Part shown: positions 24,695-34,613 of the stretch, piece after piece
Numbering within the stretch: the stretch's first letter is position 1
How the letters are laid out: the number at the start of each line of letters is the position of its first letter
Assembly (NCBI RefSeq): GCF_006345805.1
Contig: NC_042998.1
Location: 49,228,001-49,292,000, forward strand
Length of the DNA stretch: 64,000 bases
From: Octopus sinensis
Lineage: Eukaryota
Direction: 5' to 3'
Notes under the pieces: model-generated
What the model saw: only the letters and a program-made list of their open reading frames with translations
What the model was told of the DNA's origin: nothing
Database searches by the model: none
Position numbers and translations under genes: made by a program

Positions 24695-26230
24695 TGTAGA
24701 ACGACCGTTCGAAAGGAGATGGTGACGAATGAATGACTCCTTTAAACACCGCACGGTCGCCTTACAATAAAAGCCAAAATATGGATAAATTAGTATGAGT
24801 GCTAGAATGAATAAGAAGACGAGGATCTTTTCGGTTTGAACGGCAGTTTTTTCTAGCGGTGTCATATGAAATTGTCACCCATAATTATAACCCTAGTATC
24901 AATCTATTTTAGCATTAGGGGTGGGGGGAGGGTATATTTTTTTCTTCAAAAATGTAAATAAACCCAATCTGTTTCTTAAACGAGGGACATTTTCATACGG
25001 CACAGAATGTTTTCAACTCAATAGACGTCATTGATTGGTTGAAATTGCAGAAAAAAAACAACAAATATCTTACAAACCATAGAATTTTCTCAATAAAGCC
25101 AAGAGAAAAAGATGTTTTATAAACACATTCTACCAGTATACGAAGTTTAAAAGTGTTTAGTTACGTGGAAAATATTTTTAAAAACTGCCGTTCAAACCGA
25201 AAAGATCCGAAGACGACACAACCGTAGAATGTTTAGAGAAAGGTTTATTTAGATGTTAGCAGAGTGTATGTCCGTGAGTGCGATATAAGTACATAAGAAC
25301 AATAATAGACAGGCCGTCAAGAGTACTTAAAGTATATATATGTTATCAGAGTGTATGTCTGTGAGAGCAACATAAGTATATACATAATAATAGACAGGCC
25401 GTCATGCATACAATAACGTATATGTGTGCTAGCAGAGTGTGTCTGTGTGTGCGCGTCATAAGTATATATATATAAGAACAATAAGACAGCCGTCAAGCAT
25501 ACAATAATGTGTATGTGTGTACAAACAAGGGTGTATGCGTGGGAGATAAAGTACAGAGCATAGAAAGTCTATAATAGGACACTAGAAGTTCAGACACAAT
25601 GAAGATAAATACCAGTTCGTAGTAATGAACGCAATAGTAGTAGTTCTGTAACAATGAGGAGGCGCCAGTTGCAGAGCCGGTTGAACACATGTCGTGTAGC
25701 GGTTGTGGCTGCTATGCTGTGCCGGATTACTTGGTACAGAAGGTTCTTGCAGGTTGAGCTTACTGTTAACCATGGTGGAGTATTCACAAACAGTGAGAAG
25801 TTAAACCTGGGCGATTGTTGATGTCGATAAGATGAAGGCGAAGGAGATGGAGACGACGTTAAGATTGGAGGTGACGGTGGTGGAGGTCCTGAATACTGCT
25901 GGTGTTGTCTGTCGCTGGAACTGGCTGTGCTCTGTGGTCAGTGGTGAGAACTAAAGACGAGATAGGGCGAATCGCTGAAGCTTTTATAGCAAATTATAGG
26001 CTCCAGCAGAAAATTTAGAAGACTGTGTCACGGGACCTCATCAGAAGGCTGTCATTGGTTGGGTCGCATATTGGCGCGTAATAGAGCAAGAAACAAACTG
26101 CACCAATACCAACCAATCAGAGTAGTGGACACAACAGGGGCCAAGTGGCCAAAGGTTAGCTGTTATCTGCTACGTCCGTATTTGTGTTATATATGTCAGA
26201 GAGAGAAGATTTCAATAAGGGTACGCTACA
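24695..26230 (-). mobile_element. Solo LTR (~1.15 kb net of the MITE inside it)
   Basis: TGTAG...CTACA termini with a perfect 4-bp TSD CATC (24691-24694, 26231-26234). On the minus strand: TATA-like GCTATAAAAG (~25985), CCAAT boxes and AATAAA (~25245). Three ~60-bp internal tandem repeats (25258-25495). Confidence 0.75.
24823..25208. mobile_element. MITE with 29-bp TIRs and 8-bp TSD (Merlin-like termini)
   Basis: TIR GGATCTTTTCGGTTTGAACGGCAGTTTTT / AAAAACTGCCGTTCAAACCGAAAAGATCC. TSD GAAGACGA at 24815-24822 and 25209-25216. GG termini plus an 8-bp TSD fit Merlin. Confidence 0.85.
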
Positions 26231-27962
26231 CATCCATACTCTCTTGCGCCCCCGCCCCTGTTCAGATTTGCGTTTTGCGCAAAGTCTGCAGCTCTACAAG
26301 CAAAAGGATGACAAAATTGCAAGTGCTACACTCAGTAAGTTTTTGAGGCATTTGTGGTACCTCTCTGAGGAGCTTGTAGTGCTTGCATTTTTTGATTCAG
26401 CTGTTTCGCATAAGACAAAAACAAAATGAAGCACGTTCTGCAGAAACCGGTTGACTGAAAACCGAGCAAACGAGCATCAATAAATCCTGAATCAGCTGGA
26501 CAGAAACAACTGCAGGATTTCGTTACTGCCAACACAAAAAGATTCTTTGAAATCCTAGAGGTGACTTGCACTTTTCTTGAAAAACAAAATGCTAAAGAAT
26601 TGAATGATGATGAAAGTTATGCGAATGCAAGAGATATCGCATATGGACTCAAAGTGGTAAACGACATTGTGGAAAGAGGTGTACGAATGATGGAGGAATA
26701 CAACAAAGTGATAACCAATGATGAAGAGCAGAAACAATACCTATTTCTTTATTACCCACAAGGGGCTAAATACAGAGGGGACAAACAAGGACAGACATAG
26801 GTATTAAGTCGATTACATCAACCCCAGTGCGTAACTGGTACTTAATTTATCGACCCCGAAAGGATGAAAGGCAAAGTCGACCTCGGCGGAATTTGAACTC
26901 ACAACGTAACGGCAGACGAAATACCGCTAAGCATTTAGCCCGCCGTGCCAGCAGAAACAATACCTTCTTAAAATTGTTTAAAGTTACAGGTCATCACTCA
27001 CATACAAAAACAAGAAAACATTACTCTTGCTTCACAAAAAACAAAAATAACTTACATAAGTGGTTATGATGTGTCTACTGGGAAAACTTCCACATGAAAA
27101 AGTTAACTCACAATACGCTATACCTCAATACGTACTATTGTCTAAAATGTGATTTTTTTCTTTAAAAACTAGTTTAACTAGATATATATCAAACCGGTTC
27201 CGGTGAAAATATCCACAAAACAATATTTTTGAGCACAAACTGATATACATTTATTTTCAAAGCTTGGTAGCAACTTCTAATTTTCTCTTTTTCAACCCCA
27301 AATTTCGTATACAATGCTTTCTTAGGAATATGAATAAATTAGGCTCCTTTTTTTGCATCACCCTAATATATACATTATCTTTTGTTTGTTTAAGTTGTAA
27401 CGTGAAAGGATCTATCATCGAAGCACTGGCAGGGTGTCGAGATCCTTTCTAGTCACATACAAAAATTCTTGTAGAAAACAAACAGACGAAACTCAGGTTA
27501 AGGTGAACAGACAACTTGGTTTATTGATTCATGGTTGTACGTTGTCTGATGGGGGAATAGAGAGCCTCTGAGATACTGCTGGTGTTGGTCGTTGAGGTTG
27601 GTTGAAGTTGGTTGAAGCTGGTGTGTGGCTGTCAGAGCCAGGAAAACCGTGACCGATCGCAGTGCTGTCTTGAGCCGAAGAGAGAGATTTGAGGTTCGCG
27701 GGCTCGAGAGATGTTTTCCCGCACATGCGCATGGGGAAGACTTCCGGTGGCCACCCGGAAGACTTCCGGTGGCCACCCGGAAGTAGTCCCATTCTGCGCA
27801 TGCGCGCCGAACCCTACACAGTAGCATCACTACAGGGCTCCCCTCCGAGTGCGAAGTACGGCAACCAGAATTTGTGGTGGTGCTGCAGAAAACAGAAGGC
27901 TTGCCGATCCCCCAGAAGACTTGGTACATACTATTATACAATAAGAAACATTTTAAAGAAAG

Positions 27963-30900
27963 TTAAATGTAAATGGTTTTTGAAAGTTTCTTGGGCCAAT
28001 GCACTGTTCTGCCCGATTTTGTAACATACGGTGTGCTCGGGGCACCCGTTGACGGCGAGGGTGGTGTTGTAGGAGCCGGTGAAGGTGATTGTGCAGGTGA
28101 AGGCGTTTGTGCAGGTGAAAATGTTGTTAAAGGTGCATAGGTGGGTGTGTCAAGGTTGTCATCAAAAGATGAAGACGTCTCAAAATGTGCTTTTTTTAAA
28201 CGGTCCACGGAAACGGTCTCCGAACGACCATTTATCTCAATCGTGAAAACCTTTGGTGTGCGAGAAAGCACACGAAAAGGTCCTTTATAGGGAGAAACAA
28301 GTGGGCCCTTCACAGAATCGTCCCGAACAAAAACATGCGACCAGGTGTTCATATCCGGTGGAAGATGGGACGGTGGAGATTGCTTTCTGGGAAGCATGGG
28401 CGGAAGGTTTGAAAAATATTCCCGCAGTCTGGTGACATAGGTCGCCGGATCATGGGGCGGGGAAGTGTCTGGCACCAACATCGTACCGGGCAATGCCAGT
28501 GTGGTACCATACAGCAGCTCTGCAGCAGAAAACCCCAGGTCTGCCTTGACAGCAGTCCGACAGCCGAGAAGCACAATGGGCAGAAATTCGATCCAGGACT
28601 GTGGGTCCGAAGAGGCACGAAGAGCGGCCTTGAGCTGTCTATGGAACCGCTCAACCAATCCATTAGACGCTGGATGGTAGCTTGTGGTGTGGATATGGTG
28701 CATACCCAAAATTCGCGACAATTCGCGAAATAGCGAGGCCTCAAACTGTCGTCCACGATCAGTTGTCAATCGGGACGGGACTCCGAAGCGAGAAATCCAG
28801 TTTGAAACGAAAGCTCGCGCAACAGTCTCAGCAGAAATGTCTGCTATCGGAATGGCTTCTGGCCAGCGGGAGAAACGATCGACACAAGTTAATAGATAAG
28901 AGAACCCGCGACTCACAGGCCATGGTCCAACCAGATCGATGTGGACATGGCGAAAACGGGCCTCCGTGGGGGGAAATTGTCCAAGCGGGGCACGAACGTG
29001 CCGTTGAATCTTGGATCGTTGACACTTGGAGCAGGTGCGTGTCCAACAAGTAATTGTGCGACGCATATTCGGCCAGAAAAACCGAGCAGTGATTAGTTTG
29101 AGGGTGGCAGCGATGCCAGGATGTGATAAGGAGTGCAGTGCTTCAAACACTGAGCGTTGATGGGTCTCAGGCACCAGTGGCCTGGGAGATCCAGTTGAAG
29201 TGTCACAAAGAATGGTGCCTTCGGCTGACGGAAGCGGAAGGTAGGAAAACTGGCAACAGGAGAACTTGGAGAAGTTAAATCTAACGACGCCAAAGGTGGC
29301 TGCTCCTGCGATATGGCAGCTAAGTCGATAGCAGCAGGAGACGAAAGGGCGCAAACTGGAAGGCGAGAGAGAGCGTCAGCAGGAACGTTCTCTTTTCCAG
29401 GTATGTGTCGAATGTTGCTAGTAAATTGAGAGATAAAATCCAGGTGCCGAAAAGCACGGGGTGAGAGTTTGTCCGTTTTTGAAAACAGGGCAAACGTAAG
29501 GGGCTTGTGATCCGTATAGATCACAAAATCTCGCCCTTCAAGTTGATGCTGGAAATGACGAACCGATAGGTAGATCGCTAGGAGCTCACGATCAAAGGTG
29601 CTGTATCGTCGTTCAGCTGGTTGCAGTTGACGGGAAAAGAAGGCTAGAGGTCGAACATGGTCATCCACTGTGTGTTGTAACACAGCGCCAATCGCAGTGT
29701 CCGATGCGTCCACAGTCAAAGAGAGAGAAGCACCAGGAACTGGATGTGCAAGCAAAGAAACAGAAGCCAGCTCCTTCTTAATGGACTCAAAGGCTGTCAC
29801 TGCCTCAACAGAGAGGGTGACTTGACTGTCCTTTCTAGGAGAGTCCTTTAACAGCCTGGTGAGAGGTAGCAGCTTATCTGCACAACCGGGAATGAAGCGT
29901 CGGTAGAAATTGACCATCCCTAGATAATGCCTGAGCTGGCGCAAGGAAGTGGGGGGTGCGATGCGTTGAATGGCATCGACTTTTGACGAGAGGGGGCTGA
30001 TTCCAGTCGAATCAATATGATGCCCTAGAAAATCTAGGGAAGAGCGTCCGAAAACACACTTGTCGAGGTTTATGCGTATGCTATACGCGCGAAGACGCTG
30101 GAAGAGTTGAGAAAGGTGCCGGAGATGATTTTCTCGTGTGTCGCTCGCAATGAGTATGTCATCGACATAGGCAAACACAAAATCAAGACCGCGGACAACC
30201 TCATCAATGAAACGCTGGAAGGTGCTAGTAGCATTCCGCAAACCGAAACTCATGTACAAAAACTCAAAACACCCAAACGGGGTAGTGATTGCAGTTTTTG
30301 GAACGTCGGCTGGGTTGACCGGTATTTGGTGGTAAGCGCGTATCAGATCGACCTTCGAAAAAATGGTACAACCATGGAGATTTGCTGTAAAGTCCCGGAG
30401 ATTTCTAATCGGATAGCGATCGGCTATTGTGACGGCATTGAGGCGTCGATAGTCTCCAACCGGGCGAAAATCAGACTCGCCCTTTCGCGCCAAATGAAGG
30501 GGAGATGCCCATGGGCTGGTGGAGGGGCGTATAATGCCAAGTTGAAGCATGTGCTCAAACTCGGCTCTGGCCGTTTTAAGTCGGTCTGGCGCTAGGCGCC
30601 GGGGGCGTGAGAATACAGGTGGCCCATTGGTGGTGATGAAATGGAGGGTCGAGTGGGTAGGATTTTCCGGTTTAAAGGCAATGTCCACTAGCTCCGGAAA
30701 TGAAACCAAAAGAGAGTGAAAAGGGTCTCCAGAGGTGGCAACAAAGAATGTCGGGCTAAGGACCGCAGTGGTGGAACTCCCAGTCGGTGTAGAGAGCGAC
30801 GTCGTGCTATCAAGAAGCCTCCGACGCCTGACATCCACCAATAGGTTAAACCTATCCAGGAAATCAGCGCCGAGAATAGGATGCGGGATGTCAGCGATGA

Positions 30901-31174
30901 CGAAAACCCATCGAAAGTCTCGACGAAGGTTGAGGTTGAGGCGCAGCGAAATCTGACCGTAAGTGGTTATGGGAGACGAGTCAATAGCATGCAAGACAAT
31001 CGAAGAGCGCTTGGGCTTGTCTGCAGCCAGACGAAGGGGCCAGATGCTGCAACAGGAGCCGGTGTCTACCATGAAGAATTTCTCCGACACCAGATCTTTT
31101 ACAAAAACTGCACGATTTTTGGGAATGGCGATGGAAGAAGGTGACGTGCTCACCTCCTCCGGACTTAGTTTTCC
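27963..31174 (-). CDS. pol: Gypsy pol polyprotein, copy 1 (one apparent frameshift near 29269)
   Basis: VDTGS protease, AYVDD RT, DAS..IGAVL/RELLA/YTDHKPL RNase H, HSLSHPG...CSKCQ zinc finger, VHIDLVG / TDRGRQF / NGLVERFH integrase core, Pro-rich tail. Confidence 0.95.
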
Positions 31175-31646
31175 GAGGGCTTGAAAATGCACGGTTGGGT
31201 ACACCGATCTGCCCTTTTGGTAGAGCGACTACGACTGCGTTGTCGGCGCTCGATCGCACGGGATAGATCGTCGATTCGCCGCGTGAGCGCATCAATCCGC
31301 TCGGTTAGTGAAATTTGCGCAGGGCCCCCTATACATGCACAGAGGCCTCGCGATGGAGATGGATTCGGAAATTCCAGTATTCCATCGGCCATCGTGGCAA
31401 TCTGAATATTGCTCTCCCCCGAACGTGTGTTGCGGCGGAGGATTTCTGCTTTCACAGACGCGTATGTGGCATCCGGGTGGGGACTTATTATTAGATCCCT
31501 GATCGATGCGGCGAGTCGGGGATGTAAGCCGGAATATAGCAGGTGCAACTGCTGCTGTGGAGAAATGGCATGTGCATCAAAATACCACTCCACTTGGGCA
31601 ACCACAGGCCCATATCCCCCGTAAATGAAGGCAAACCTGAAGCCAT
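31165..31646 (-). CDS. gag: Short Gypsy gag (~160 aa), copy 1 (1-nt deletion near 31601 relative to copy 2)
   Basis: ATG at 31646: MASGLPSFTGDMGLW[F]AQVEWYFDAH...IRDLIISP...YASVKAEILRR...LTERIDALTRRIDDL...RSRSRS...[12 protein letters not shown]. Confidence 0.85.
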
Positions 31647-32654
31647 GCCTTTGTCGGAAGGAATCTGTGAGAAGGGGGCAGAAGGTATGGTCTAGAAGTG
31701 GAGAGAGAACACGTGGAACCGAGAAGGCAATTCAAAATTGTGTTTGTGTGTGCACCTCGTGGGTAGCAAAAAAAAGGAATAGGTGTGTACAAGGAAAACA
31801 AAATACAGAAAAGGAAAAAAAAATGAATGTGTGTGTGTTTTCTTTTTTCTTTGTTTTTTTTTTTTTTTTTTGTACTGTGTGCGATGAATAAGGTTATTTG
31901 ACCCACCTCGCCGTGCTGAAAAGGAGAAAATAGGAAAATAAATGTGAATTTCCGCGCTCTTCGGCCCCAAAAAAAAACCTGTTCGCTGTGTCTTTTTCTA
32001 TCCTGTTCTTTTTCTCAACTAGGGGTCACCAATTGTAACGTGAAAGGATCTATCATCGAAGCACTGGCAGGGTGTCGAGATCCTTTCTAGTCACATACAA
32101 AAATTCTTGTAGAAAACAAACAGACGAAACTCAGGTTAAGGTGAACAGACAACTTGGTTTATTGATTCATGGTTGTACGTTGTCTGATGGGGGAATAGAG
32201 AGCCTCTGAGATACTGCTGGTGTTGGTCGTTGAGGTTGGTTGAAGTTGGTTGAAGCTGGTGTGTGGCTGTCAGAGCCAGGAAAACCGTGACCGATCGCAG
32301 TGCTGTCTTGAGCCGAAGAGAGAGATTTGAGGTTCGCGGGCTCGAGAGATGTTTTCCCGCACATGCGCATGGGGAAGACTTCCGGTGGCCACCCGGAAGT
32401 AGTCCCATTCTGCGCATGCGCGCCGAACCCTACACAGTAGCATCACTACAAAGTTATTGAACTGCACCCATACAGAAGCACCACATTGAAGGGTTTAGTC
32501 GAATAAAACAACCCCAGAACACTTTTTAAGCCTGGTACTTATTCTATCAGTTTCTTTTGCTGAACCGCTAAGTTACACGGATGTAAACAAGCCAGCACCG
32601 GTTGTCAAGCGGTGGTGGAGGACAAACATAAACATACGTATCTATCTTTCTCTC

Positions 32655-32697
<43 letters not shown>

Positions 32698-33499
32698 TAT
32701 TATATATACACATACATACATACATATATACACACACACACACATATATATACTTGTCGGTTAATAAAGCTACCATTGGTTTCATGCCGAGAGAATTCTC
32801 AGCAATTATCGAATCTGTCACTTGGTACTCGTCTCGCTTCTTTCAGTTTCTTTCTACCAAATCCACTCACAATGCTTTGGTCGGCTCGGGACTGTAGTTA
32901 AGAAGCGACTGTCTTAACGTACTCCCATGCCTGCACGTAAAAGAACAGTTAAGGTTCCATACATATAGACATATATACGCACACACATGTATAGTTGTGC
33001 GCGCGCGTGTGTGTGCAGATGTATATATGTGTGTGTGTGTGTGTGTGTGTGAGTAAACAAGTGGTATGCTTATGTGTTCAGTTATGTGTGAGAAAACGCA
33101 ATGTGACCGTGGTATACTGGGATATAAAATCAATTTGTCGAACTTCTCTGAGAAGCCATCAGCTTTTGTGTTCAACGCACGTACGAGTGGTCTTTGGTTC
33201 ATATACATAGCGAAAACAGAACGTACAAACATATATATCGAAAATATTTGACAAGCAATCAAGGTATATGGCCAATAATTTCTGCCCGAAAACGCTGTAT
33301 TTAGATTCTGCAGGTTTCAGTCACCTGAAGAAGAAGGATAACGGTTGTCAAACGCCATTAACGAACTTCTGGTTCACGTTATTTCGACATCATATGCATA
33401 ATCCAATTAACAAAGAGGACTACTAGGTTTTGGATGAATTAGCATCATAATAGCAGTTAATAAATATTTGAGTTTAGAAAAACAGGCAAACTAGTTTTC

Positions 33500-33591
33500 A
33501 CTTCGTGTCATTAACTGATTTTTCTTAGTTCAGTATCAAAGTGTTTCAATGTTTGGTTGAGCCGCTTCTGTACAATAAGGAATGAATTTCA

Positions 33592-33622
<31 letters not shown>

Positions 33623-33737
33623 CTTATGCAGTTTCCACAGTGATGTAGATGCCGGGAAATCTACAATAGACTTTACTCTCTCGGAGAGTGGGCGGACTTC
33701 ATCCTTGTCGGTGATTTGCCCGAGGAGCAATAGAAAC
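33500..33737 (-). pseudogene. Old decayed Gypsy RT, 3' part
   Basis: LLGQITDKDEVRPLSERVKSIVDFPASTSLWKLHKF(Y)nLKFIPYC aligns with [50 protein letters not shown] of the young copies. Confidence 0.65.
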
Positions 33738-34613
33738 TGTAGCAGGAATGTTTAGAAATCAAACCCGGATCACAATATCCGATGCCCCCCCCCCCCACAA
33801 AAAAAAGAAAAGAAAAAACAGCAGTAATTTAATCTCTGGCACACTTTTTTCTGAGCAAGACCATTCCTATATATTCAATGCATTTTAGCCACTGCCGACA
33901 GACGAGATGCGGCGGATGGCGAAATAGAGAGCGTAGTAACCGAAGTAGCGACTGACCAGAGCGCTGTGACAACACAAAAACAACAAACGGACGGTGACAG
34001 CAACACACAATGACCATCTAAGATCTTGACAGCTACAAATATCACACCTAGTCCAAGAACAATATGCTTTTGTAACGTGAAAGGATCTATCATCGAAGCA
34101 CTGGCAGGGTGTCGAGATCCTTTCTAGTCACATACAAAAATTCTTGTAGAAAACAAACAGACGAAACTCAGGTTAAAGGTGAACAGACAACTTGGTTTAT
34201 TGATTCATGGTTGTACGTTGTCTGATGGGGGAATAGACAGCCTCTGATATACTGCTGGTGTTGGTCGTTGAGGTTGGTTGAAGTTGGTTGAAGTTGGTGT
34301 GTGGCTGTCAGAGCCAGGAAAACCGTGACCGATCGCAGTGCTGTCTTGAGCCGAAGAGAGCGATTTGAGGTTCGCGGGCTCGAGAGATGTTTTCCCGCAC
34401 ATGCGCATGGGGAAGACTTCCGGTGGCCACCCGGAAGTAGTCCCATTCTGCGCATGCGCGCCGAACCCTACACTGTAGCATCACTACAGGGCTCCCCTCC
34501 GAGTGCGAAGTACGGCAACCAGAATATTGTGGTGGTGCTGCAGAAAACAGAAGGCTTGCCGATCCCCCAGAAGACTTGGTACATACTATTATACAATAAG
34601 AAACATTTTAAAG

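Larger units (their letters stand above)
24085..27365 (+). mobile_element. Internally deleted hAT-superfamily (hATm-like) DNA transposon, interrupted by nested inserts
   Basis: TIRs TAAGGTGATGCAAAA (24085) / TTTTGCATCACCCTA (27365). Transposase pieces PRDDYKELL..., GAYHRARWMAKLIY (24270-24694) and KFLRHLWYLSEELVVLAFFD, LKVVNDIVERGV..EEQKQYL (26235-26745) rejoin once the insert is removed. Confidence 0.75.
27396..32450 (-). mobile_element. Full-length young Ty3/Gypsy LTR retrotransposon, copy 1 (5055 bp)
   Basis: LTRs 27396-27834 (3', 439 bp) and 32034-32450 (5', 417 bp) with TG...CA ends. TSD AAGT (27392-27395, 32451-32454). PBS 32014-32031, PPT 27835-27846 (GGAGGGGAG on minus). Order PR-RT-RH-IN. 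Confidence 0.97.

Noticed and set aside
25258-25495. CRISPR-like repeat-spacer array
   Set aside because: Eukaryotic context; these are three degenerate ~60-bp tandem units inside an LTR without unique spacers.
27835-27962. An env-like ORF or chromodomain after integrase
   Set aside because: Only ~115 bp separate the pol stop from the PPT, and no chromodomain residues are present.
30107-30595. 162-aa plus-strand ORF (identical at 36778-37266) and the other antisense ORFs over pol and the LTRs
   Set aside because: They are shadows of the GC-richer pol frame with no recognisable motif. Identity between copies reflects youth, not selection.
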